A stretch of 64,000 nt of DNA from Bryobacteraceae bacterium. Lineage in GTDB: Bacteria > Acidobacteriota > Terriglobia > Bryobacterales > Bryobacteraceae. A program made the translations under genes and the position numbers. This document shows positions 1-8,402 of the stretch, one piece after another. The stretch covers positions 312,740 through 376,739 of the forward strand of contig JAWKHH010000005.1 in assembly GCA_041394945.1 (NCBI GenBank), written 5' to 3'. Every line of letters begins with the position of its first letter. Position 1 is the stretch's first letter. Under the pieces are notes generated by a model. It was not told the DNA's origin. It worked only from the letters and a program-made list of their open reading frames with translations, and ran no database searches.

Positions 1-1661
1 GTGTAGCGGGTAGACGCCTGCACGCGGACCGGCGCCGACCCCGAGGGCGGAAGCTTTGTACTGCCGATCTTTACCTGATTCGCGCCGATCACCGACCAAT
101 GGAGCCGCGCTTCAGCGCCGGGCGTCACCGTCGTGGGGCTCACCTCGAACGACAGGATCTTCGGGCCGGCGGTTACCGGCTGGCGCTCATCGTTGGTCTG
201 GTCGTTGGGACGATCCTCGTCGTTCGAAGACTCCTCTTCCTTTCGTTGCTGGTTTCGCGGCGCCACGGTAACCCGCAACACGCGTTCCTGACGTCCAGCC
301 TTGTTCATGGCGACGAGCGAATAGGCGGTGGTTTCCTCCGGGCTCACCGACATCGTTCCGGAAGACGGCTGCTCAAGCCCGCCGACATACACCTGCGTCG
401 CGTCCTTGACGGACCATGTGAGCTTCGCGCTTTCCCCGGCCCGCACCGTTTCGCGGTCGGCGCGGAAATACTCGATCGAGGCCGGCGCTCCGCCGCCGCG
501 GGGCCAGAAGACCGCCGCGGCCACCAGCGCGAACACAACGCCCGCCACGGCCGCTAGCCACTTTGGAAATCCTCCCACCGGCGCCGGTTTTGGCGGCGCC
601 GGACTTGGTAGGGGCGGCTTGGTGGGCGACGGCTCGGTCTTGGCCACCGGCGGCGCCGGTTTCGGATCAGGCGCCGGCGCGGGTGCGGCCGCCTCCCCGC
701 GCAGAGCGCGCTGAAAGGCCTCCATGGTCGCGAACCGCTTCTCCGGCTCGAGCGCCAGCGCCTGCAGGAGGGCGCGCTCCTGCATGTCGCCGATCCCGGC
801 GCCGAGCGAAGACGGCGTGGGCAGCGGATGACGGTAGCGGTCCGGCGCGGGCAGCGGCATTTCGCCGGTGATGGATCGATACATGGTCGCCGCGACGGCG
901 TAGACGTCGGTCCAGGGGCGTTGGTCGCCGCGCGTTTCGTACTGCTCCGGCGGCGCGAACCCGGGTTTGAGGATCACCGAAATATTGCGGCTCTGCTGGC
1001 CCATCGAGTAGCGGGCCGCGCCGAAGTCGATCACCTTGATCTGCCCGCTCCACAGCACGAAAATATTATCGGGACTGATGTCGCGATGCAGCAGCCCGGC
1101 CTTGTGGACTTCACGAAGGGCGTCCATCACCGGCGTCATCACGCGCAGCGCCATATCCCAGTTCACCTTGCCGCCGGAGCGCGCCAGGAACTCCTCGAAG
1201 GTGATGCCGTCCAGATGTTCCAGCACCATATAGGCGGTGCCGTTGGCCGGGAAGTAGTTCTTCACGGCGACGATGTTCGGGTGATTCTCGAACTGCGCCA
1301 CTACGCGAGCCTCTTCGAGGTACCGCTCGAGGCCCCAGTCATAATCGTTGCGGACGTTCGGCGAGTGCGCGAATACCCGCGGATCGCCTGTGGCGCGCAC
1401 ACCGACTCCAGACGGGAAGTACTCCTTGATCGCGATACGGCGGGCGAGATTCAGATCCCAGCCGAGGTAGGTGATGCCGAACCCGCCGGCGCCCAGGCAG
1501 CGGCCCACCAGGTATTGCTCCTTGAGCACGAAGCCAGGGTCCAGGTACATCGTGGACTGCGCCGGGGACCCGTGCCGCCACTCGCACTTCGGGCACACAT
1601 CGCCCTCGCCAGTGAACTGCATGCATCCAAGACAAAGACCGTTTGGAATGGCAGCATCCAT
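1..1661 (-). CDS. Hanks-type Ser/Thr protein kinase with a TM helix and extracellular repeat domains; C-terminus runs off the window start
   Basis: The minus-strand frame is open from ATG 1661..1659 to position 1. It is absent from the ORF track because it has no in-window stop. Motifs read from the sequence: GxGxxG (LGAGGFGITY), IAIKEY, HRDISPDN, VIDFGAAR and APPEQY. A Pro-rich linker and a TM helix (WLAAVAGVVFALVAAAVF) follow, then two related ~90-aa repeats. A zinc-ribbon-like CxxC...CxxC lies at the extreme N-terminus. Confidence 0.75.
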   Translation of the reverse strand, partial: MDAAIPNGLCLGCMQFTGEGDVCPKCEWRHGSPAQSTMYLDPGFVLKEQYLVGRCLGAGGFGITYLGWDLNLARRIAIKEYFPSGVGVRATGDPRVFAHSPNVRNDYDWGLERYLEEARVVAQFENHPNIVAVKNYFPANGTAYMVLEHLDGITFEEFLARSGGKVNWDMALRVMTPVMDALREVHKAGLLHRDISPDNIFVLWSGQIKVIDFGAARYSMGQQSRNISVILKPGFAPPEQYETRGDQRPWTDVYAVAATMYRSITGEMPLPAPDRYRHPLPTPSSLGAGIGDMQERALLQALALEPEKRFATMEAFQRALRGEAAAPAPAPDPKPAPPVAKTEPSPTKPPLPSPAPPKPAPVGGFPKWLAAVAGVVFALVAAAVFWPRGGGAPASIEYFRADRETVRAGESAKLTWSVKDATQVYVGGLEQPSSGTMSVSPEETTAYSLVAMNKAGRQERVLRVTVAPRNQQRKEEESSNDEDRPNDQTNDERQPVTAGPKILSFEVSPTTVTPGAEARLHWSVIGANQVKIGSTKLPPSGSAPVRVQASTRY

Positions 1662-1663
1662 AT

Positions 1664-2908
1664 TCAGCCTGCTTCGAACATGTTATCCGGACTTCCGACG
1701 TAGAATCGGTCTCCGGGCTTGAGTTCTTCCCTGGCGCCTGGCTGGAGACGCCGGTTGCCGGCGGCGAAGAACGTCCCGTTCGAGGACCATAGATCCTCGA
1801 GCCAGACGCGGCCGGAGCTATCGCGGGTCACCTGACAGTGGCGTTTCGAGACCATGGCGGCATCGCCCGGGAAGACGAGATTCGCCGCGCCGGCGTCGCG
1901 CCCGAACACGCACGGGGCATCGCCGAGCGGAATCGCCTGGCCGCTGAAGGTTCCCTGCAGTCCGCGCAGCGATCTGCTCTTTGGGATCGCGGCGGGAGGC
2001 GGAGCCGGGGATGGAGCCGGTGGCCTTGGCGGCGGCACGGGTCCCGGGCGAACCACCAGCGACGTTACCTTGCGGGCGGCGTTCGACACACCCACGCGCG
2101 CGCGGCGGTTGGATGCCGTGAACAGCAGTGCGCCCATCGCCGCCAGAAGTGTGATCGCCTGCCCGCCGATCATCCATCCCGGCATGCCGGGCGCCGCCGT
2201 GGTTTGGGTAGCGGCCACGCACGCGCTCGAAGCTCTCTTGTACTTGATCCCGAGCCGGTCCAGTTCCGGCATGAGCTCGTCGGTTTGAATCGAGAGATGA
2301 ATGGCCTCCACGCCACGGACACTCGCGGTATTGATGCCCAGCACTTCGCCGCACTGGTTAAACAGCGGACCGCCGGAGTTGCCGGAGTTCACGGCGGCAT
2401 CCACCTGCAGAAACCCGATATGGGGAAGGCCCTCGGCGCCGCCGCGCAGCAGCTTACTCACCACGCCTTTGTTCACCGAGGGGTCCAGCGCCGAAGCCGC
2501 ATCGCTCACGAAGATCGACCCGCCCGGGAAGCCCGCCACCCAAACGTCCTGGCCGGGCTTGACGAACTCGCGCGCGGAAAGCACCACCGGCGATACCGGC
2601 AGTGGGCGCGCCAGCTCGAGCACGGCGAGATCCTTGGCCGGTTCATTCCAGAGCACCTTGGCCGGAATGTATTTTTGGCCGGCGATCGTCACAGTCGGCT
2701 GGATCGCCATGTACTGAGCGTTCTTGCAGCAGACATGATTGTTGGTGACGACGTGGCGGTCCGTGACGGGAAAGCCGCTTCCGCTCGCGCGGCTCCGGCC
2801 GGCTCGCAGCTCGATGTAGGCTGTGTGGCGGAGCATCTCGTCGACATCGGCCTGCGGCCATGCCGGCGCGGTCAGCATGGCGAGCGCGAAGAATCGGGCG
2901 AGGCTCAT
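1664..2908 (-). CDS. Trypsin-like (S1 family) serine protease with a TM segment and a C-terminal FHA domain
   Basis: From ORF 1664..3214(-); the true start is MSLARFF with a signal peptide, and GGAG lies upstream. Protease motifs: TNNHV, DLAVLEL, GNSGGPLF. The C-terminal FHA domain reads GRD...SKRHCQV...SSNGTF. The start ATG overlaps the upstream stop as ATGA. Confidence 0.7.
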   Translation of the reverse strand: MSLARFFALAMLTAPAWPQADVDEMLRHTAYIELRAGRSRASGSGFPVTDRHVVTNNHVCCKNAQYMAIQPTVTIAGQKYIPAKVLWNEPAKDLAVLELARPLPVSPVVLSAREFVKPGQDVWVAGFPGGSIFVSDAASALDPSVNKGVVSKLLRGGAEGLPHIGFLQVDAAVNSGNSGGPLFNQCGEVLGINTASVRGVEAIHLSIQTDELMPELDRLGIKYKRASSACVAATQTTAAPGMPGWMIGGQAITLLAAMGALLFTASNRRARVGVSNAARKVTSLVVRPGPVPPPRPPAPSPAPPPAAIPKSRSLRGLQGTFSGQAIPLGDAPCVFGRDAGAANLVFPGDAAMVSKRHCQVTRDSSGRVWLEDLWSSNGTFFAAGNRRLQPGAREELKPGDRFYVGSPDNMFEAG

Positions 2909-3885
2909 CGCCTGGCTCCGTCCGCGGCGCCCGTGCTGTCGGCCGCCGCCGCCGGCGGAACAGGCGCGGCGTAGACGTAGCGCCAATACCCGGCGCCGAG
3001 AAGCGCAGCCAGCAGGAAAGCGGCCACGGCGGCCACGGCCCACCGGCGTTTCGGCGCGGCCGGCGGGACTACGCCGGCGGTTTCCGGAGCGGGCTCGGCC
3101 GGGGGCTCGGGCTCCCGCGACTCGACGCTGCCGTATGCCGAAAGCGCGAGGATCGTTACGTTGTCCTGATTCTCGCGGCCACGAGCGAGCGCTTCGCCCA
3201 CGAGCCGCTCGCATTGCTCTTGCGGCGGCCCGGTCATGTACGACAGCATTTCGTCGGCGGTGAGCGTCCGATAGAGTCCGTCGGTGGCGAGGTATACCGT
3301 GTCGCCGGCGTCCAGCCGCAGCGGTCCGTTCAGGTCCACATGCGGGATCGATTCGGCGCCGACGTGCGAGATGAGCGCTTCCCGCTGCGGGTCCGACAGA
3401 GCTTCGGCAGCCGAGAGCTGGCCCGCGGCGACGCGTGCGTCGAGAATGGTCGCGTAGTTGTGGACGGCGTTGAGCTGCGAAAGCTGGCCGCCGCGCAGGA
3501 GCAGCAGCGCGCTGTCGCCGACCGAGACCCAGTGGAGTTCGTCGGCGTGGAGCACCGCGGCCACGATCGTGGTTCCCATCTCCCCGCCCGCGCCGGATTC
3601 CAAGGCCAAGGCGTAGACAGCGGCGTTGGCTTCATGCACGGACCGGTAGAGCGCATCGCGAATCGGCTCGTCGGTATTCTTCCGCCGATAGGCATTCAGG
3701 AACGCGGCGGCCGCCGTTCGCGAGGCTTCGCCGCCGTGCTGCATACCGCCCATGCCGTCGGCGAGCACGGCCGCCACGCCGCCATGCGACACGAACGCCT
3801 CATCGCCGGTGTTCGAGAAACAGAAGGCGTCCTGCTGCTGGGATCGGCGGCCGATGTGCTGCGCGTTTCCGAAAGCGTAGGTCAA
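2905..3885 (-). CDS. PP2C-family Ser/Thr protein phosphatase, C-terminally membrane-anchored
   Basis: ORF 2905..3885(-). PP2C motifs: FCFSNTGDEAF...VLADGMGG and DNVTILAL. There is a C-terminal TM helix. It sits 4 nt from the upstream FHA gene. Confidence 0.8.
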   Translation of the reverse strand: MTYAFGNAQHIGRRSQQQDAFCFSNTGDEAFVSHGGVAAVLADGMGGMQHGGEASRTAAAAFLNAYRRKNTDEPIRDALYRSVHEANAAVYALALESGAGGEMGTTIVAAVLHADELHWVSVGDSALLLLRGGQLSQLNAVHNYATILDARVAAGQLSAAEALSDPQREALISHVGAESIPHVDLNGPLRLDAGDTVYLATDGLYRTLTADEMLSYMTGPPQEQCERLVGEALARGRENQDNVTILALSAYGSVESREPEPPAEPAPETAGVVPPAAPKRRWAVAAVAAFLLAALLGAGYWRYVYAAPVPPAAAADSTGAADGARR

Positions 3886-3889
3886 AGGC

Positions 3890-4429
3890 TCAATCCCACT
3901 GAAATTCCTCGCCGACGAGCGCCACCAGCATCAACTGGGTCTTGCCGAGCCGGACGACGTCGCGATGCTTCATCACTCCCGGCGAGTGGACCACCTGGCC
4001 GTTCAGATAAACCAAACCGGAGGCTTCGCCCGGGATCAGCCAAAACTGTTTCTCCTCCGGCTCAAAGGCGACCGCGGCATGGCGGACGCGAGAGACGGTG
4101 GGATCGGAACCGACCGAGACATCCATCGACGGGTCTCGCCCGATGAAGTTCTTCTCCGTGCGGAGGCGATAGTCGCGCCCGCGGTCCGGTCCCTCGATGC
4201 AGACGAGCCAGCCGACGACGGGCTGAATGCCGAGTTGTTCCTCCACCAGCCGCACGGTCTTGCCGGCCAATGGCGCCGCCGGCGCGCCGCCGGCAGCCGG
4301 TGGACCCTCCGCGGGCGGCCGGATCGCCACTGTCCTTCCCGGAGGAGGCATATCGATCGGCGTCGCGCAGTAGGGGCACGCGCTGTTCTTCTGCTCATCG
4401 AAGAAATGTCCGGACGCGCATTGAATCAT
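3890..4429 (-). CDS. FHA-domain protein with an N-terminal zinc ribbon
   Basis: ORF 3890..4429(-). The N-terminus reads CASGHFF...CPYC (zinc ribbon). The C-terminal FHA reads IGRDPSMDVSV...VSRVHA...NGQVV. Confidence 0.7.
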   Translation of the reverse strand: MIQCASGHFFDEQKNSACPYCATPIDMPPPGRTVAIRPPAEGPPAAGGAPAAPLAGKTVRLVEEQLGIQPVVGWLVCIEGPDRGRDYRLRTEKNFIGRDPSMDVSVGSDPTVSRVRHAAVAFEPEEKQFWLIPGEASGLVYLNGQVVHSPGVMKHRDVVRLGKTQLMLVALVGEEFQWD

Positions 4430-4434
4430 CGATC

Positions 4435-5262
4435 TTATTTCCTTTCTTGTGCCGCGGGGGCGCGGTTGTTGTCGCGATTGAACTGTTCCCGGAACTCCGG
4501 CGCGGGCTCGAAGGAGAGCTTCATGTTTCCATCGAGTTTAGCCGTTCCCACCATGACGGCCGTCTTCTCCGCCGCGATTGAGGTGGATGGCAGACGGTAG
4601 AATCCGCCCTCGTGATTCAGCGCCGCCGGCCCGATCTGCGCCGGTTGCGGGTTTCCGTTCGCCGCCAGGAACTTGTAGTAGACCTCCACCTCGCCGCCCG
4701 TCGGGAAGTCACGCACCATCCAGGATTCGAAGCACGGGCCACGGCCGCAGTTGGTGTAGATATCACCTTTGAAGTAGATGCCCTGGGCCTTGGTGGCGTC
4801 CACGGCGGGCTGCCCCTTGGCGCGGTTCTGGCCGCGCCAACGCAGATAGATGTCGACGTTGTGGTTCCGCGAGAGCCATTGCATGGTCACCACCATCGGC
4901 CGGCGCAACCGCAGGTCGCGGTTTTCGTCCTGGAGCTTCTTGGCCTCGCGCTTGGATTGCTCCAGCCGGTTGAGCGCATCGGCGAGCTGGCGCTGCTTCC
5001 GGCGGAATTCCTCGAGCAGTTTCTCGAGCTGCTTGCTGAGATCGGGGCCGGCGTTCGGCAGGTTCCGCAGCTTCTCCTGGAGATCCTTCAGTTCCCGCAT
5101 CGCCTGCTGGTACTGCTGCTCCACATCTTTCGCCGAGGCGCCGCCCGGATGCCAGTAGGGGAGCAGAGTGATCATCAGGAAGCAGAACGCCCCCAGCGCC
5201 CCGCACAGGATATCGAGCAGCGAGACGTTGAAGATGTTCACCTCGCGCCGGCGCGACTTCAT
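4435..5262 (-). CDS. ExbD/TolR-like membrane protein with an extended coiled-coil periplasmic region (275 aa)
   Basis: ORF 4435..5262(-). The N-terminal TM segment EVNIFNVSLLDILCGALGAFCFLMITLL resembles the ExbD/TolR signature (NLTPLIDV...). A ~90-aa heptad-rich coiled coil (LKDLQEKLRNL...KKLQDENRDLRL) and a ~120-aa globular domain follow. The gene immediately follows the MotA/TolQ-like gene. Confidence 0.5.
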   Translation of the reverse strand: MKSRRREVNIFNVSLLDILCGALGAFCFLMITLLPYWHPGGASAKDVEQQYQQAMRELKDLQEKLRNLPNAGPDLSKQLEKLLEEFRRKQRQLADALNRLEQSKREAKKLQDENRDLRLRRPMVVTMQWLSRNHNVDIYLRWRGQNRAKGQPAVDATKAQGIYFKGDIYTNCGRGPCFESWMVRDFPTGGEVEVYYKFLAANGNPQPAQIGPAALNHEGGFYRLPSTSIAAEKTAVMVGTAKLDGNMKLSFEPAPEFREQFNRDNNRAPAAQERK

Positions 5263-5265
5263 CGC

Positions 5266-6024
5266 CTAGCCCTCGTACAGCCGGTTGATGAGGTTGCGAA
5301 GCGTGTAGTCGCCGGCCCGATTCACCGCCGATTCTTCCTGCTCCTGAACCAGTTGCATGATAAACACGAGGATCGCGCTTTGCACCAGCGCCACCATCGT
5401 CGTATCGAAGCCGACGCCGAGCGTCCGCGCCACCTGCTTGATGTCGAGATCGCCGGTGGACTGGCCGGCTTCCGAGAGCGACGCTCCCAACGAGTACACC
5501 GTGCCGATGAAGCCCAGGGTCGGCACCATCCACGCGATAAACCGCACGATCCCGTAGCGCAACTCCACCCGGTTGGCGATCAGCTCCAGGTGGCTGTTCA
5601 TCACGGTGGCCGTCTGGTCCGTGGACCGGCTTGCCTGAAACTGCAGAATGCTGAGGTTGATCAGCGAAGGCAGATAGCCGCGCTCGCCGTCGAAAGCGGC
5701 GGCCACGGCATGCCGGATGGGCGGCAGGTCCCGCGAGCGCAGCACAGTCTCCTCATCCTCGGGAAGGAATCGCCGCCCGAACAGCGCGGTCTCATGAACG
5801 CCCGCCCGCCACCGGATGAACAGTTCGCCCAGGCCGATGAAGAACAGGATGTGCATCAGGTTCTGAATGGTGAGCGGGTAGGGGAACTTGGTGGAAGGGT
5901 AGTCGAGAAGCAGCACCGCCGCGCGTCCCGGAAGGATCAGCGTACCGAGAGCGATGAAGGCGATCGCGGCCAGCACCGCGAGGATCATGACTTGCTTGCG
6001 ATCGGGGGAGTGCCAGAAATTCAT
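5266..6024 (-). CDS. MotA/TolQ/ExbB-family proton-channel protein
   Basis: From ORF 5266..6084(-); start taken at MNFWHSP (ATG 6024..6022). It has three TM helices. The C-terminal signature GFIGTVYSLGASL...GFDTTMVALVQSAILVFI is typical of TolQ/ExbB. Confidence 0.75.
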   Translation of the reverse strand: MNFWHSPDRKQVMILAVLAAIAFIALGTLILPGRAAVLLLDYPSTKFPYPLTIQNLMHILFFIGLGELFIRWRAGVHETALFGRRFLPEDEETVLRSRDLPPIRHAVAAAFDGERGYLPSLINLSILQFQASRSTDQTATVMNSHLELIANRVELRYGIVRFIAWMVPTLGFIGTVYSLGASLSEAGQSTGDLDIKQVARTLGVGFDTTMVALVQSAILVFIMQLVQEQEESAVNRAGDYTLRNLINRLYEG

Positions 6025-6026
6025 GG

Positions 6027-6461
6027 TTAGCGTCCACAGGTCCCGCACTGGGAGCCCATCGCCTTGATGGCGCCGCAGGCGCACCGCACAAGACGGGTGC
6101 TGTCGGAGAATTCGCGCGGCGCTTTCTGAATGGGTTGGGGTTTTACGGGTTGGGGTTTGACCGGCGCCGTCTGGTCCAGCGGGCGCGCCGGGTCCTTGCG
6201 GCGGATCGCCGCGGCGAGCGCGTCCACGGTGATGGCCACATTGCCGAATTTCACCTGGTCGTTGGGAAGGAGGCGTTCCTGGCGAACGGGTTGTTCGGCG
6301 CCACCGCGAATCAGGAACGTACCGTTGCTCGAATTGCAGTCCGTGATCAGGATCTGGCCGCCGTCATCGACGGTCGCTTCGGCGTGGAAGCGGGAGACAG
6401 ACGGGTCGGCAATCGGAATATCGGCGGCAGGGTCGCGGCCGATCTTATATGTCTTTGCCAT
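6027..6461 (-). CDS. FHA-domain protein with a C-terminal zinc ribbon
   Basis: From ORF 6027..6560(-); start at MAKTYKIGRD with GGAGG 8 nt upstream. The FHA reads IGRD...SRFHA...SSNGTF. The C-terminal zinc ribbon reads CACG...CGTCG. This is the first gene of the operon; 350 nt of non-coding DNA lies upstream. Confidence 0.7.
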   Translation of the reverse strand: MAKTYKIGRDPAADIPIADPSVSRFHAEATVDDGGQILITDCNSSNGTFLIRGGAEQPVRQERLLPNDQVKFGNVAITVDALAAAIRRKDPARPLDQTAPVKPQPVKPQPIQKAPREFSDSTRLVRCACGAIKAMGSQCGTCGR

Positions 6462-6812
6462 TCGTCCCGCTCCTCCCAGAATGCGGCTAGTCCCTCTCGA
6501 CTCGCACGTTGGCCCGACCGGCAACCAAGTCGGCGGCCGGGTCAGCGGCGAACCCGGCAAAAACCTATTGAATCATGGAGTCGCGGCTCATTCAAGCGAG
6601 GTTGTACTGGGCTTGCCGGACTATGCCGCTGACGCGCGGCGAATCATCCGGCAGATCAGCTTCACCCCGAGCATAGGAAACGCCGGCGACGGTGCGGCCG
6701 CGAAGTTCCCGCCTGGCCGCCGGCAGCGAGCGCGTCAATACCGTGCGGAAATGGATTGGAGGGCGTCGCGGTGCAGGTCTGCCGGTTGCCGGTGGAGGCG
6801 ATCAGGCGGAAT

Positions 6813-7361
6813 TCAGTGAACCATGATCGGGACTGTCGCCACCGTCTCGTCCCACATGATCTTCAGCGTACCCTCGCCGCCGCCTGCCGTCGAGATGTCG
6901 ATCGTCAACTGTTCGGCCGCCGGGCCGCGGGCGACCTTCATTCCGGTCCGGCCGTAGTCCATGGCTTGGTCGTATTTGAATGCGCCCCACTGTTTCACGG
7001 TCTTATTGAGAATGAGCGTCCACTCCTTCTCGTTCGGGATCGTGAAGAGGCTGTAGCTGCCCTTGGTGACATGCATGTCGCCGATCATCAGGTCGCCTTC
7101 GGTTTCGAGGATCGTGGCTTCGTCGGCGCCGGTGCGCCACACTTTGCCCCACGGCTCCAGTCCTCCGAAAATGGTGCGTCCTTTCTTAAACGGACGCCCG
7201 TAGGTGATGGTGATCTTCTTGCCGCCCACGGTCCAGGACTTGGTTTCGTGCGGGCTGGCGCGCTGCTTCTGAGCATGGGCCGGTCCGGGCGACACCAACA
7301 GGGTGAGCGCGCCCACGGCGAGAAAGGCGACGCCGGCGGCGAGACGGATTGTAGCATTCAT
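6813..7361 (-). CDS. Secreted protein, DUF2911-like
   Basis: ORF 6813..7361(-). Signal peptide, then GKVWRTGADEAT and ITITYGRP motifs recalled for DUF2911. The family assignment is from memory only. Confidence 0.5.
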   Translation of the reverse strand: MNATIRLAAGVAFLAVGALTLLVSPGPAHAQKQRASPHETKSWTVGGKKITITYGRPFKKGRTIFGGLEPWGKVWRTGADEATILETEGDLMIGDMHVTKGSYSLFTIPNEKEWTLILNKTVKQWGAFKYDQAMDYGRTGMKVARGPAAEQLTIDISTAGGGEGTLKIMWDETVATVPIMVH

Positions 7362-7374
7362 GACTTCACATCCT

Positions 7375-8364
7375 TCAAGACTTTACATCCTTTCCCCGAG
7401 CGAGCAGGGAATCTTCAAAATGAAATTCGACCGGCGGCAGCGTATGGTTACGCAGGCGCCAGCGGTATGTTTCGGCCAGACCCTCGGCGAACGGCGTGGC
7501 CTGGAACCCGAGCACGCGCCGCGCCTTCCGAGTCGACATCGTGATCGGCGGCATGTCGTAGTAGAAGCCGAAGTAGAGCGGCGGCTGCATCACCTGCCCA
7601 CCCGCCGCTGCGATGATGCGGCGGGGCACGCGCACAAGACGCGGTTCGATGTCCGCGGCGGCGGCAAACGCCCGCACCGCCTGGAGCTGGGTGATCGCGG
7701 CCGGCTCGGCGATGTTGAACGCCTGGCCCGCGGCGCCGGGAGTGGTCAGCGCGGCCATGCACGCGGCGACGATGTCGTGTACGTAGACGAACTGCATCAA
7801 CCGGCGGCCGTCGCCGGGGATGATGATTGGCCGGCCGGCGCGGAGCCGGTCCCAGAAGAACTGCTCGCGGTAAAAGGGATTCTCCGGACCGTAGACGTAT
7901 GGCGGACGCAGCGTCACCGCCGGCAACCCCTGGCGGCGATGCATGCGGAACAAGGCGCGTTCGCTTTCGGCCTTGTTGCGGACGTATCGGTCGGGGTGAT
8001 CGGCCGGGGCCAGCGCGTCGCGCTCGGAATGGTCGAGCCCGTCGCCATAGGCGGCGACGCTCGAAATGAAGATGTAACGCGTGAGCGAATCGCCGCAGGC
8101 GCGCGCCGTGCCGGCGACCTGTTCGGCGGTGGTGCCGTGTTCCCAGTCGTAGACGTTGTCGAAAACGGCGTCGAAGCGGCGGGAGCCGATGGCGGCGCGG
8201 ACGGCGGCCGGATCGTTGCGGTCCGCCTGCAGATTTCCCACGCCGCGCCCCAGCCGGTGCGATCGCTTGCGGTGCAGGACGGTGACGTCGTGACCGGCCG
8301 CGCGCAACGCCTTGACGAGCGCGCGCCCGATGAACAGGGTGCCGCCGATCACGAGTGTCTTCAT
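7375..8364 (-). CDS. NAD-dependent epimerase/dehydratase (SDR family)
   Basis: ORF 7375..8364(-). Rossmann motif VIGGTLFIGRAL; the SDR catalytic Tyr-Lys region is present. Confidence 0.8.
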   Translation of the reverse strand: MKTLVIGGTLFIGRALVKALRAAGHDVTVLHRKRSHRLGRGVGNLQADRNDPAAVRAAIGSRRFDAVFDNVYDWEHGTTAEQVAGTARACGDSLTRYIFISSVAAYGDGLDHSERDALAPADHPDRYVRNKAESERALFRMHRRQGLPAVTLRPPYVYGPENPFYREQFFWDRLRAGRPIIIPGDGRRLMQFVYVHDIVAACMAALTTPGAAGQAFNIAEPAAITQLQAVRAFAAAADIEPRLVRVPRRIIAAAGGQVMQPPLYFGFYYDMPPITMSTRKARRVLGFQATPFAEGLAETYRWRLRNHTLPPVEFHFEDSLLARGKDVKS

Positions 8365-8402
8365 CGGGGGAGGAGCCGCTACCAGATGTTATCCTAACAA
8401 CT

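Noticed and set aside
828-1703. Long plus-strand ORF (291 aa) across the kinase region. Similar long ORFs are at 2860-4146(+), 4612-6030(+), 7303-8397(+), 9175-10275(-), 16102-18243(+), 19616-20953(+), 21420-23078(+), 27229-28806(-), 33015-34352(+), 35681-37579(-), 41901-43103(-) and 46916-48226(+).
   Set aside because: Each is antisense to a gene with clear domain motifs on the other strand. The translations are Arg/Ala/Gly/Pro-rich and low-complexity, as expected for stop-poor frames in ~65% GC DNA. None has an RBS or domain signature.
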